Part shown: one piece after another, positions 13,460-26,419 of the stretch
Numbering within the stretch: position 1 is the stretch's first letter
Layout: each line of letters starts with the position of its first letter
Assembly (NCBI GenBank): GCA_973895155.1
Contig: OZ316891.1
Span: 11,902,771 to 11,966,770, forward strand
Reading direction: 5' to 3'
Length of the DNA stretch: 64,000 nt
From: Marsupella aquatica
Lineage: Eukaryota > Plantae > Marchantiophyta
Translations under genes and position numbers: made by a program
Notes under the pieces: model-generated
Told to the model about the DNA's origin: nothing
Seen by the model: only the letters and a program-made list of their open reading frames with translations
Databases searched by the model: none

Positions 13460-13930
13460 GGACCCCATGCGAAGTTGCTTCCAAAATTCTTGGATGCACA
13501 TGTCATAGAACAAGGACCATTAGTTATGCAAGCAAGGCAAAAAAAAATAGTTAGACCTTGTAACTATAAAAACAATGGAAAACTGAAAAGTCACATTTCA
13601 AGTCAACAAAGAAAATAGTAAAATAGGGGTGAAAGAAAACAATCCTTGGATATTGTGATTTACATTTCAGTGTTTTCTGGTAATCTATTTCAATTTTCTA
13701 TTTAGTTTATACATTTTTGAAATAATGACAAGTAGAAAGAAACTTTTCAAATACTGTGAGATTTACCAAGTTAATATAAGAAATCCAAGAAACTTTCTTA
13801 TCTAACATTTACCAAGGTAACTTAAGAAATCCTTTGGCTACTATGGATAGAGGAGTAACAAGCAATGTTAAGAAACACCTTAATTACTATGGGTAGAGGA
13901 ATACCAAGGGACTCTAAGACCTTTCAACTA
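13460..13930. repeat. Dispersed repeat, homologous to ~28510-29110
   Basis: Shared blocks CCCCATG.GAAGTT.CTTCCAAAAT, TTAGACCTTGTAACT.TAAAAACAAT.GAAAACTGAAAA and ACTACTATGGATA. Confidence 0.7.
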
Positions 13931-15041
13931 CTAACTATGGAAATTCACACATTGCTATATAGTGAACCCACCTTTCAGATTTTGTCTTATTCATATTTTC
14001 AGTCATATATTTATATTTCAATGTGCAAAGTCTAGATGTGTCATTTGTGTTATGTAGACAGGGAGTAAATTTTGGGACCGCTTTTAATTTTTTGCTCCTA
14101 GAGTATATTGAGTTTATTTTGAGACCCCTCTTCACTTTTTAATCTTTGCTATCCTAAGCATATACTTTACCACTAATTTGAAACTGAGTGAGAGAAATGA
14201 ATCTGAGTAGAGTGGACAACTAGTGTCTTAAGTTCCCCTATGATTCATTGTCCTAAACTTATGGTTTTGATTGAATTGATTGTCATTAGCTCAGGCAGTG
14301 AGTATGTGTACCTTATGTGCACAACTATTCAATATCTTTACTCCATAACTTGTACTTTTCCTGATCATTGTGTGTATTTCTTTGCTTGTGCCCTACTTCT
14401 AGGCTTGTATCCCAGTCATTGTTAAAAGATACTCTTTGCTTTGCATATATTATACTTCTGTTATTGTATTTTATTGTACAAAAATAAGATCTCTTACATA
14501 TATCATTACAAGACAAAACACAAAACATGTTCGGATGAACATGAGTAGGATGAACATGAACATGCTATATGGACAAAGTAATATTTTGCACAAACTATAT
14601 GGAATGTTACATGAATTGTATAGCCATAGAGGTACTAAGAGAAATTAACATTTTGCATGGAGAATTACCGTGCATTACCATGAATGTACTCCTATTTGTC
14701 TTGAATGAAATTGTCCTAACTACCTTTAAAATTTCCTACAATAAGAATTTTCCATTTAATCTTTGTACTCTCATTTATCTATTCTAATGTGGTACTCTTC
14801 ATGGCTCCAAATAGTTAAATAAAACAAGCTTAAATAACCAAGGGGTCCTCAAACTCATTGCTTTCATGGAAACAGCTTTTTACTAAACTACCCCCCAAAC
14901 TGGTAGTTATTACGATACTGCCCCCAAAACTAAAATATTTAGTATACTGCCCCCCAAACCGTATCCCATCACTTTTAACCCGAGTAATTGACCACTGTTG
15001 TGTTCCGATTGGCCAAAAAGTAAACATAGTCGATGACCTAA

Positions 15042-15233
15042 GGTCAACCTTATCGCAATATCTTCTTCGCCCGGGCCCAAGGTGCAACCGTGTTCGATCA
15101 GTGTGTATGGGGTCAGAACCACTTCAGGCCGCAATCCCCAATGCGAGCACGGCACTTTTGACCCCATACACACTGATCAAAACATGATTGCACCTTGGGC
15201 CCGGGCAAAGACGATACTGTGGTAAGGTTGGTC
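15042..15233. repeat. Foldback hairpin (~75-bp arms, ~38-nt loop), probable MITE
   Basis: GCCCGGGCCCAAGGTGCAA..GATCAGTGTGTATGGGGTCA pairs with TGACCCCATACACACTGATC..TTGCACCTTGGGCCCGGGC. Confidence 0.8.
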
Positions 15234-18200
15234 ATAGGGGAATGTGGAACACCTTAATCAGACTAACAAGGATCGATTTGGATGGGACAGATGGCTCACT
15301 CTTCCCCAAAGTTGAAACACAATTATAGTCTTCCTTGAGCTGATTCTTCTTTCGCTGCTTGGTCATCTGCCATCTCAACTTTGCAATAGACCTCAAACGA
15401 ATCCATGATGCACCTTCCGTCTTCTTCACATTGGTGCTACTCAATTTTTGTGGTTTCTTTGCGGGACGAGAGATGGTGAGTTTTGAACTCAACCAAGGCA
15501 GGCACTGGCTTGTTGATCTCCCTGAATCACTTTGCACTCACTCCAAACTGCCCAACAGGCAGTCCCGATTCATTTCGCAGTCTCCCTTCACCAGCTCGAC
15601 AGGCCTTCGATCCGCCTAGCCCCCTGGTCTCCAATAGTCAAATCCCTAAAACAATCCTCCTCTCTCGATCACCATTCCTATCGGCCGCCACCTAAAATCC
15701 TAAACCCTCGCCAAAGAGAAGGCATACACGCGCAAATGATCGTGCCCTCATCCCTAATGATAAATAAACTAGCAAAGCAGATGCAACCTAGAATCGTGAC
15801 ATGTCATTGCATGCGTAGAGTGAATACATTGACCATGTTGTATTCTTCCGATTGTTCTAGATTGCGGCTATTGTAATTTTGAATACGATAGCCATATTGT
15901 ATTCACAAAAACTAGGAGCCCATGATGCTATGGCGCTCGATTGCGGCCAGGGCTACGACGCTTGTGGACTACGATGTTATTGATGGCCTACTACACATGA
16001 CCAACCATGGTGTCCCTAGGGTACATAGTGGACCTGAACTGTGTGGTAAGGTGTTTGAGAAGAACATGCTTGTACGGAGTGGGCCCGGAGATCCATTGGG
16101 AGAGAATCTAAACATTGGGGTCCACTGGGAGGGCCTGTGCAACTTTTGGTCCATTAAGAGAAAAAGTTGCATTTGGAGGTCCACTAAATATATATCTCTG
16201 GATTCTATTCAAGATTCTCTATCATCTACACTGTAGGTGTGGAAGTCTCAAGCCAAAATGAGGAGATTTTGCACCCACACTATGATGAACAGTTGTGATT
16301 TTTTACCGTGGTTGTATTACAAAACTCTAATCTGATGTTGATTCCGCATGCTAAAGACAAGTGCTGTAGTTGGAGCCCATCTACCTGTTGTAGAATGGAA
16401 GGCACTCACTTGAACCATATGGTAACAACAATGTAGCAAAGTGTTCTGAGTAAAATATTATATAGTGTTATGGGAGTGTATTTGAATGTCTGCTTTGTGT
16501 TCATCTGAGTCGATCGAGCTCCTGCTTAGTTTCAACAGTAAAATCGACCTCACCGAATATTAAATTCAGTACAACAGTTTTGGTGATTCATTTGGTCCAT
16601 CGATGCCGTTTAGGCTCGATGCTGATGATCGGTGTCGAATTGAGGGGTTCGAATCATTGTCTGGACAGTTTACTATTAAGTCCTCCGTAGTAACTTAAAC
16701 ACGGAGAAGTTTTACTACTTAATTACCGTGCTGTACTGTCCATCTCTTTTGGGACTGACCTCACTGACGCGAGAATGGGCGAGGGACGCGCAGTATGGGA
16801 TGAAGTCCCGCGTTCCCTGATTAGCGCCCCCCCGTTAGGCCGGTGGCCCACGCTCCCCTCGATTCCTCGAACGAGAAAGCGGAGAAAACTAGCAACATTG
16901 CTCGCAGTAAAGAGTGGAAACTACAGGTGGTGACTACTTACTTTAATTTACTGGCTCCTGAGAATATCAATAACAATCACCACTCGGTGAATGTCAACGA
17001 TGACTCCGGGGGCCCCAGCGACGGTCAACAGTCGCCCTAGTGCCCTACGCACCCACTCGGCGAGGTGACTGGTGTTAACCGGTGATGTAAGTTAATAATA
17101 GAGAGTCCTTGATTATTATAATCGATCAAGAACATCGCGTGATCTTCTTAACCCGACGCTGTCAGTAACTGTCATAATTCTCAAAGGACTAACGGCTCAA
17201 ACAGCATTTTAATATTCACTCAATTTGCGCAAGTTTTTTGTCGGGTCTAGTTACCGTACCTTGACCGGCAGTCGATGCTCCGCGAATACCGGCGAACACC
17301 GGGCCGTGGAACAACCCCCGTCCCGGCGGGGGAAAAATGTCAGAACGCCAAAGCGTGACTTGGGATCGAATATCGGGGACTGCAATTCCACCTTCGCATA
17401 ATCGCATTAGTGAAGAATTGGCCGTCAGATTCCTGAATGGAGGGTGGAGATGAGAATCCCAATGGCTGAGTGCTTTTATCGCAGGATACCGGGATGAGTT
17501 CTTACCGTGGCGCGGGCGGTGGGGACGCCGGTGATGGGAACGCACGCAAAGTGATGTTACCGACAGGCTGGCGACCGGGGGATTGGGGCTTGACCGGGCG
17601 ATGGCTGGGCCAGGACAGTGTGCGGGAGTGGGGCCGGGCGAGATAGCAGTAGTAGAGTGGCTGGTTGCGTACTGTAAGTGAAAGGTGAATGACAGTCAGC
17701 GTGCGAGTAAAGGCGAGTGGAGTCGTAGTAGGCGTCAGCAAAGAAGCCAATCCAGCTCGGAGGACGCTGGCTCCGTGGGTGTTGCTCCCCACTCGGCTTG
17801 GACAAAAACAAGAGAGCTGCTCGAGTGGGCGAATGAGAGTGAGCGAGTGAGCTACTAGCTAGCAGGCAGTCGTAAGCAGCTCGGGAGGGCGTCGCCAGAG
17901 AAGGCGAGTGACATGAGTGGCATCAGCAGCAGCCAGCCAGCCAAGCCAGCTTGCCAGCAATGAAGCTAGATACCCAGCGGCAGCAGCATTTCGCGTTCTC
18001 TCCACCCGTAGCAGTCGTAGTCGGAGTGCCCGACTTTATTGGGCATTTGCTTGAACGGTTCTATTAGATCTAGTGCCGCAGTTTGATCGTTGGCTGGGCT
18101 GTAGAGACAGAACAAGCTCTAGGGAGCAGGAACGAGGGGGGGGAGGGAGGGAGAGAGAGAGAAAGAGAGAAAGGGCTGAAGGATTCACTAGGCACTGCCA

Positions 18201-18793
18201 TTTCTACGGAAGTCATCTATCGACATTCGACGGAAGAGAGAGGAGGTCGAAGGAGAGCGGCATTTTGGATTAGCTTAATTAGATCTTGTAATAAAAATCC
18301 AGGAAACGGGAGAAAGCACAACACTTGCTTTGTGGTGATAGAGCGATAAGTTGGTCGACATTTGCAGAGCTTTCGGAGGCTGGATAGAGCACGGGAGAGC
18401 TGCAATGGAAGCAGACAGAGAAACAGATGTATTGATCCGTGGTGGTGCAGGGATGCGCGTGTGAAGTCCTGAGCGCCGCCACCAAAGTTAGCTCTTGATT
18501 TGTTTTTGGCGCATATCGATAGATAAGCAGATAGATAAGCAGTCTTGCTCTTGAACAGCGAACAGGCGTAGGGCGTGTGGAAGGATTGAAGGCATTTCTC
18601 GTCTCCTACATTGCAGTCCAATTGACCGATTTGTTGAATGGTGTGTGGTTAACTTCATCGATAAGGCAATTCCGGCTCACTTATTGTAGGTGTAGGGCAA
18701 GGCCGCATCATCATCATCCGCTGTCAACGGGATTTTTCGTGAGAATAGCGGAGTTTTCTTTCTGATTTGTATGTTCGTGCACGAGCTTTCAAA

Positions 18794-21445
18794 ATGTCGG
18801 CTGCTCCTGTCGCTGCCCCCCCAGTGTTGACGCCTCCAACTGCAACGCCCCCAGCTACTGCTTCCCCTCCAGTTGCAACTCCCCCTGCGATCACCACTCC
18901 ACCCGTAGCAGCTCCTCCTCCGACCACACCTCCCGTTGCTGCCACTCCTCCAGCCCTACCTCCCGTTACAACCCCTCCCACGACTCCTCCTGCACCACCT
19001 CCAGTCGTTACTCCTCCCGTTGTATCTCCACCTCCTGCAACTCCTCCCTCACCACCTCCAACAACACCACCCGTTGCAGCCCCACCTCCACTTGTATCCC
19101 CACCTTCGCCACCTCCTGCTGTACCTCCAGTTGCTGCTCCTCCTCCTACTACCACTCCTCCCGTTGCGCCTCCACCAGGTTCTTCTCCACCACCTCCATC
19201 GCCTCCTCCTCCCGCATTATCGCCTCCTCCTCCTCCCACATTATCGCCTCCTCCACCCTCTCCTCCCCCTCCATCCCCTCCGCCTTCTTCACCTCCTCCT
19301 CCTGGCACCCCTGCAGCTCCTCCTCCTCCTCCCCCCTCACCGATCGCTCCACCCCCACCGAATGCACCACCTCCACCATCCAGATCCGACCCCCGTGCTC
19401 CACCACCGCCTCCCTTGAATGGCACCACAAAGTCTGCTGGAGGTGGTGGAATTGGAACCACGACCATCGTCGGCATTGCCGCGGGAGGAATCGTAGCGAT
19501 CATTCTCATCGCTGTCGTGTGGTTTTGTTTAGCTAAGAAGAAGCCGAAGCAAAAGTTGAACTACGCTCACAGAGTAGGCCATTCTGCTGCTCCAGGAGGA
19601 GCTTTGGGAGGTTCTGCTGCTAGCGATGGCCTCTCATCTTATGGAGCGAGGACGGAGTACTTGGATTCTGGGGAACTCAAGCCCCCTCCGCCTCCTCCTG
19701 GTCTGTCTGAAAGTCTGGGTGTTGCAGGCCTTGGATTAGCAGCGGCGAATGGAGGGAATAAACCCGTTCCTCCACCTCCGCAAGGCAACTCTTCTGCTGG
19801 GAGCACACGGCCGTGGTTCACTTATGAGGAACTCGAGGAAGCAACGAATGGTTTCTCTCCTGCGAATGTTCTCGGAGAAGGTGGATTCGGTCGGGTGTAC
19901 AAGGGTGTCATTGCCGGTAATCAGCAGGTGGCTGTGAAGCAACTCACAATCGGAGGTGGGCAAGGAGAGAGGGAGTTCCGAGCAGAGGTGGAGATCATCA
20001 GCAGAGTGCACCATCGCCATTTGGTGTCATTGGTTGGCTACTGCATTGCTGACAGTCAGAGGCTTTTGGTTTACGATTTTGTCCCGAATGGCACACTCGA
20101 GTATGCTTTGCATGGTGCGGGAAATCCGGTCATGGATTGGGGCACCAGAATGAAGATTGCGCTCGGATCAGCTCGTGGGTTAGCTTATTTGCACGAAGAT
20201 TGTCATCCGAGAATTATCCATCGTGATATCAAGGCAAGCAACATTCTATTAGACAATCAATGGGAAGCTCAGGTGGCTGACTTCGGGCTTGCCAAGCTAG
20301 CTAACGATACTTACACCCATGTGACCACCCGTGTGATGGGAACCTTCGGTTATCTAGCTCCGGAGTATGCATTGAGTGGAAAACTCACAGACAAGTCAGA
20401 CGTGTATTCTTTCGGCGTGGTGCTTCTCGAGCTGATTACAGGTAAGAAGCCTGTAGATGTAACGGCAGCTGCGGGGGAGGAGAGTCTGGTCGAGTGGGCC
20501 AGACCAGTTTTGACTCAAGCATTGGAAACTTCAAATGTGGATGCACTGGCGGATCCGAGTTTGATGGACATGTACAATGAGAAGGAGATGTTGAGAATGG
20601 TGGAAGTTGCGGCAGCCTGCGTTCGCCATTCGTCTCAGAAGAGGCCCAAAATGGCGATGGTGGTGCGTGCACTGGAAACGGAGGGTGCGGATCTCAATCA
20701 AGGGGTTAAGCCCGGGTACAGCACGGTCTACGGTGGATTTGATTCGGTAACCTCGTCTGAGTTTGATTCGTCGCAGTATAAAGCGAATTTGAAGAAATTC
20801 CGTCAAGTGGCTTATGGGACCTCAGCAGCGTCCCAGTATAGCAGCGACTACAGCGCTGGCACAACGAGTGACTATGGAGCTGCTCAGTCGGCTTCCAGTA
20901 GTGAGTTTGGTAGCAGCAGCAGGGAGCACCCTACTGTCGTGCCCCCTGCTCGTGGGCCTAATGCGCAGGATTCAACTTCCAGTGGCGAGAGGAGTGGGGA
21001 TGATGTGCGTCTGGATGTTAGAGAGGAGCCCAGCCAGAGAGGATATGGAACCGGATTGAGTCCCAAGGGAGCTAGCGGTGTAGGTTTGAGTAAGATGGGG
21101 CCTCCACCGTGGACATTGCCCTTGCCTCCCAACCGGCGGCCTGTCGGGACCGGACTGTCAGTAAGATCTCCTCGAGGAGGGGAGAGCGTGAGATCCAGAA
21201 GTCCAGCGCAGAAAGGGCACCAAAGGTTAGGGTCGGAATCAGGCACTGGTAATGATACAGGGATGATGAATCGGCTCGGGTCGTTCGCCAGCACAGTGTT
21301 CAGTCGTGACAGTACTCAACCACCTCCACCTCCACCGGATTACAGGCAGCAGTTCAGCGAAGAGTTCCCTGAATCCAAGTATAGCACGGAGGATGAAGGC
21401 ACCAAAAAGGCCGTCAAAGCCAACCGTCTAGAAGAAGGTAGATGA
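18794..21445 (+). CDS. PERK: Proline-rich extensin-like receptor kinase (PERK family), single coding exon, 883 aa
   Basis: First ATG of the ORF is at 18794 (AAAATGTC). Pro-rich N-terminus with SP3-5 motifs and no signal peptide. [24 protein letters not shown]. Kinase motifs [87 protein letters not shown], typical of PERKs. Confidence 0.95.
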   Translation: MSAAPVAAPPVLTPPTATPPATASPPVATPPAITTPPVAAPPPTTPPVAATPPALPPVTTPPTTPPAPPPVVTPPVVSPPPATPPSPPPTTPPVAAPPPLVSPPSPPPAVPPVAAPPPTTTPPVAPPPGSSPPPPSPPPPALSPPPPPTLSPPPPSPPPPSPPPSSPPPPGTPAAPPPPPPSPIAPPPPNAPPPPSRSDPRAPPPPPLNGTTKSAGGGGIGTTTIVGIAAGGIVAIILIAVVWFCLAKKKPKQKLNYAHRVGHSAAPGGALGGSAASDGLSSYGARTEYLDSGELKPPPPPPGLSESLGVAGLGLAAANGGNKPVPPPPQGNSSAGSTRPWFTYEELEEATNGFSPANVLGEGGFGRVYKGVIAGNQQVAVKQLTIGGGQGEREFRAEVEIISRVHHRHLVSLVGYCIADSQRLLVYDFVPNGTLEYALHGAGNPVMDWGTRMKIALGSARGLAYLHEDCHPRIIHRDIKASNILLDNQWEAQVADFGLAKLANDTYTHVTTRVMGTFGYLAPEYALSGKLTDKSDVYSFGVVLLELITGKKPVDVTAAAGEESLVEWARPVLTQALETSNVDALADPSLMDMYNEKEMLRMVEVAAACVRHSSQKRPKMAMVVRALETEGADLNQGVKPGYSTVYGGFDSVTSSEFDSSQYKANLKKFRQVAYGTSAASQYSSDYSAGTTSDYGAAQSASSSEFGSSSREHPTVVPPARGPNAQDSTSSGERSGDDVRLDVREEPSQRGYGTGLSPKGASGVGLSKMGPPPWTLPLPPNRRPVGTGLSVRSPRGGESVRSRSPAQKGHQRLGSESGTGNDTGMMNRLGSFASTVFSRDSTQPPPPPPDYRQQFSEEFPESKYSTEDEGTKKAVKANRLEEGR

Positions 21446-24400
21446 GCTCGCTTTGCTGGCCTCCAACCCCACTCCTCGGAATTCATTTGTCACTTGAGAG
21501 AGCTTTCTTAATTTTACAGCTTTGTATATGTTGTAAGTCATGACGTATCGTCAGAAGTTTATTCAACCCGGCAAACTATTGTAGCTACCGGGACTTTTAG
21601 ATTTTTGCAGCTGAGCAAGCAGGAAGGAATAGCATTGTTTTTCCCCATGGCATTCGCAGAGATCTCCAATAACGCGGGTTTTGATTAATCTGTGCGTGAG
21701 CTAGAGCCATGCAAGACTCTGTCCTCTAGAAAGGCAGGGGTTGAGTTGCAGTCATTCATTCACACGGTTAAGCCTTGGGAGATGCCTGTTTACTAGCGAC
21801 TGCGATGAGCAAAGTCTGGACTGGGCTGAACAAGATCTAACTGGTTCTGTGAGCCTGCCCCCCCGGTCCGACTAAGCCGCACAGGTCCCGACTTGAATTG
21901 GATATAGGCTATGCAGTTCCTCTTTCCTCGATCTTAGAAGTCGCATGTGAGGGAATTCCGCTAGTTTGTGAGCTTATTTGTAATTTTTACTCTGCTACCA
22001 AGTCGAAAGGTAAGCTGAGTGACACTTTTTCGGTGTTAGGAGTCGAGAGGAGAAAACTAGGAATCGTTCTTCTCCAAATTGGGAGACATTTTTTATTGGT
22101 TTGATGTTCAATTCATTTGTAAAGCTTACAAAGTTCTCGCTCTGCCATCTAGTGCGATTTGAAATAAACGTGTCTTATTGTAAAGTTTCCTTTGAAGTTT
22201 TCTTTCAGAGTTTTCTGATTTAAATTTTTTATTCAACAGTTTCTGTAAGATGATATCTAAGGACCGATTTTAAGACTGGGGCAGCGTCTATCTTTGCCTC
22301 TGCAGGATCGAGACCTTTACTGTCTCACAAGACTAAGACTGTGAAGTTTGACTTTGATGGCTGATAAAAAACGAAGCGTATGTGGAAGGCGAGATCTTTG
22401 AAAATTGGGTAGCCTCCACAGCCTCCTTGGAATGAGAGCAGGCCCTCTTTCGCCAGCAGAAGCTGCCCTTGTTAGTGCATATTTGCTTCCCCAGTTCCCT
22501 ACTTCCACGGGCAGTCATGTACTTTAGACAGACAAATTTTTATGGAAGTATAATAGCTGGTCGGTGCCTGCTAGGCTGCCATGGGGATCTAGGTCCCCTT
22601 TGCAAACACACTCTACCAGAACCTGATCAGTGTACGTAGTTCAGTTAGCAAAACTTAGAACTGATGAGCTCAGCCGATGCGAATTAGCATGTGCATTGGT
22701 ATCGGGGCCTGGACTCACTTATAGAAAGAAATAACTGTAATGTTTATGGAGTTCTTTCCCGACGTATGCTCTCATCATTCCAGCAGAGTAAAGCCATCAT
22801 AATAGTAGCGGCTAGATGGGCCCTCCCATTGACTGGATCACACTGTTGTCTCAACAATTGATCAGGATACAGTAGAAGAAACCCTAGCACTCAAGCTACC
22901 CCTCATTCATTTCCGATCATGTGTACAGCCGACGTAGTGGACGTCAATCCTGTAGGGAAACGTCAAGAAGATGGCTTTAGATGTGAATTGCATTCAGTTC
23001 ACTCAAACCGCCCGATGTAAACCCGCGGTGCACGTTTTAAACGTTGAGAATTTTAAAAGATGCCTAGTCCATCAACCCGACATGACTGTAACGCCTCCTC
23101 GTCGTACGATTGTGATTGTGGTTGCTCCCGTTCTGTCTGAACTCTTAAGGACAGTTTGCTCATGCAAACGTATCTATCTTCTTCCTTACAAATCATTGAA
23201 GAGTCTTTCAAAATGCGAAGGGTCGGCGATTCCTGATGGTAGGTGCTCCGGAGGGATCTAACTTAGCCATCCCCGTTTGAAAGCACTCTTAAGAATGATT
23301 CTAGTTTCTCGAAAGGTTATGAATAGAAATATTCCATGCATATCAACTGAAGATCAGACTACCACTCAGTAACTTCTTGCAGAAGGGAAGCGAAAGCGTT
23401 CGTCTCTGCAGATCATGTTCATAATTATGACAGTCCATGCAGGCAACCTGGCTCATAGTAATAATGTTCCTGACCCTTCTTCAAGACAGAAAGATGGGAA
23501 GCGTAAAGGCGGTTGTACTCAGATGTAGATGATGCAATTGGTACTCAATGACAGTCCATGCAGGCAACCGGCTTCCTGCAGACCTGCAGGAGATTGAATA
23601 CTGTCGAGGATTGGGGATTGAGGGGCCCAGGTTCCAAATTGGTATTATAAAATCAAACCGTGACAGCATTGTAGTGAATACTGGTATGATGTTGGCCTGA
23701 GGGGCTCAGCTTCAAAATTTGTATCATGCAGTAAACCGAGACATAATCTGAGTGAATACCGGGATGATATTGCTCGCAAGCATTCATTCTGGGGTTCATT
23801 CTCACACGTTGCGCTTTGACACAGCGTAACTTGACGTGTTCCACCACAGAGCATGACTTGCGTCATGTTTTCCACATTTGACAGCAACGAGGCTATCATC
23901 GGCCTCTGTAAAATCTTGACGGTACTGTGGTCCAAATACAGTCGTCCAGAACATGGTGGGTGGGTCCGACCTCCTCCAGAGCAGGAAAGCTACCTTCCAT
24001 GGCCCACAAAGCAAAGTTGATGGATCACTCCCACTCCAGCAGCACAAGGAACGTCATTAATGCTGACATGCTGCCAGTCAGCTGAGAATGTGAGTGTCCT
24101 GTAGGAGGAGAAAGGGAACGGGGCAGAGCAACTGAAGCCTTCCTTGTCAGGCACCCAGACATGGCTGCTCTTGAGTTTGGGAGAGGTGGCCGGGGTGCTG
24201 GGGCAGGCCTTTTCAATTCATCTTCGTCTCGCTGCACTTTGTTCTCACTCTCATTGAGAATTCAGGAAGTGCCACCAGCAATGGCAGATTTGGTTCACTA
24301 GGAGCCATTGGTGGTGGCCCCCAGGCCAGCTGAGATTGAAACCTTCGACTCGGCTGTCACCAGCTCAACGCGATGAGCCGACTTATTAAAATCTCCCTCA

Positions 24401-26128
24401 TTACCTCATAACACTAGCCCTTTGCGTGTCTTTGTCTGTTATGCTCAAAGTATGATGTCCAGTACACTATTGTCCAGCCAATCGGCGCTTTACCCCTCAA
24501 ATCTCGTGCTCACTACGCCGCCCAGAGTTGACGGTGGCTACTTGGACAGATTTAGACCAATTGGTTGATAAAAAAGAAAAATTATGCTGTGAACAGAAAG
24601 TTACTTTTGGGAAAGCTCCCGAAAATTTCAACTGATTCAGAAAGTCTGTCCAATCGACGCCCATTGTGGCTAGAAACGGAGTTTGAATTCAATATTAAAA
24701 AGGACAAGAGGACAACTGCATTCTTTAGGGATTATCGGTAAGACGGTAAGGGTAGGAGTTAAAGTCGCTTGTCCAGGAGAGGACAATTATTTTCTTAGAC
24801 AGAAATCCGCATCAGTATCACAATCGCAGAACTAGAAGTTACAGAGAAGACGAAATCAAACACAGACATGCCAGGAAAGCAACTGTAGGTCAATAGCGCC
24901 CTTCGGCGTAGGCATTCCAAGGTAATGCCTGGCCATCTCCACACGCCAGGAGAGTGGCAGGCAATCTTTGGTCTAGGACGCCAAAGGGCCAAGAAGACAC
25001 CAGCTACAGTACATCAATCAAATTGCCAGCGGCCTCATATACTGTGGTAAGGAGGCTGTATCCTGTTTCACTGAGCAAATTCTTTCATGATTGATTGAAA
25101 TTTGATTTTCAAGCCAAGGAAAAAGGAGGCTGCCAGCCTCTCAGTTGGCGTAAACCACAGCCCACAGAATCAATCAACCACTGGATGCACCTACCGGACT
25201 CATACCTTGGCCAGGTGCATACAAAGGCCGGGAGGCCAAGATACTATCATGACCTTCGGCCTGAATGCAAGGAAAAGCGAAGGGCCGCGGAGGCCCGAGG
25301 GGGAAGGGGATGTTATTTGGGGTTGTGTGCGCCAGTTTGCGAGAAGCTTCCCAAATGATCGTTCCCAGAAAGGAGGGCTAGCTATTTACCGGACAATCAG
25401 GGAAAAGAACACAATTCACTTCCCGCAGATGCACCAACCCCGCTTCAGCCATAGATGATGTCCAAAGCAGTTGATCGTCGTGGTGACAGGAATCACAAGC
25501 TGTGCTACAGAACTGTGGCTGAAGAGTCAAAGCAAGCAGCAACAGCAATGTGGCGTGTGGGCTGGGAATGGAATGATGCTCAGGAGAGGAGATGTTCAAT
25601 TAAATTGAATTTTTAAAGTCCATCCATACAGAAAGAGTCAAAGCAGCTCATCTGGATAGCTAGAGGCAAATTCAGTGGACCCCTCGCTGGCATAGCCGAG
25701 TCCATTCTGAATCTCAGTGCCTTCGGTGGGAAGAACAATTCTCACTCCACCAATTCACATTGTTTCCTTCCAAGCCCATCATCATCTGCTTTATGATAAA
25801 ATGAAGCTGAACACCTGATTGACTAGATTGACTAGTGTTTGGTGTGTGTTGGCCATGGCAGCTCATAGTTTACTGGCACATGTCATTGTGTTGGCCGAAA
25901 TTAGAGTTATTTTGAGCTCTCCACACTTCATCTTGGGCTCACAAATGGTTTCTACCCTTTTCTCCCAGGTAATCTTCCATATAGTGTCTTGATTCCCTTT
26001 CCTCTATGAGTTTCACTGATTGTAAATTAGACCTCCTTTACCTTGCATAACTTCTTGGAAATGACTGAGAAATATTACTGGAATGGTTTCCAAAGAAATA
26101 TTTACTCGAATGGAGAGTAAGTAGAGAG

Positions 26129-26419
26129 TGTTGAGTGTTGCTCTTAATCTTGTGACTCTAGGGCTAACCACAGTTAAGCTACTCAGGTTAGGACTTAGTT
26201 CAGGTTAGTAGTGATGCATGCTGTATATAACCAGGGTTGATGTCAGCCCCTAGTGGATCTTCAGTTCATTGTTGGAGTGGAGCAAGAGAGAACTAAAGGT
26301 CTCTTGCTTTCCCGTGGACGTAACCTCAGTCGGGAGATGAACCACATACTCGCTGTGTCGACTACTTTGTATGGTGTTCACATGTGCATGGTGTCTCGGG
26401 ATAAGTATTATCCCCAAAA
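26129..26419 (+). mobile_element. Solo LTR, probably Copia
   Basis: Starts TGTTG and ends CCCCAAAA (CA apparently mutated). 5-bp TSD GAGAG at 26124-26128 and 26420-26424. TATA-like TGTATATAA at ~26222. Motif CCCGTGGACGTA...GAACCAC resembles one common in plant Copia LTRs. Confidence 0.7.

Noticed and set aside
16030-16198. MULE-like right end (...TATATATCTC)
   Set aside because: No matching left TIR or TSD found, so no element can be delimited.
18767-18793. ORF-track start of PERK at TTG
   Set aside because: Eukaryotic gene; the first ATG in good context is at 18794.
18724-19509. 261-aa Gly-rich minus-strand ORF and the Leu/His-rich frame at 18936-19418
   Set aside because: Shadow frames of the CCN-rich PERK proline codons.
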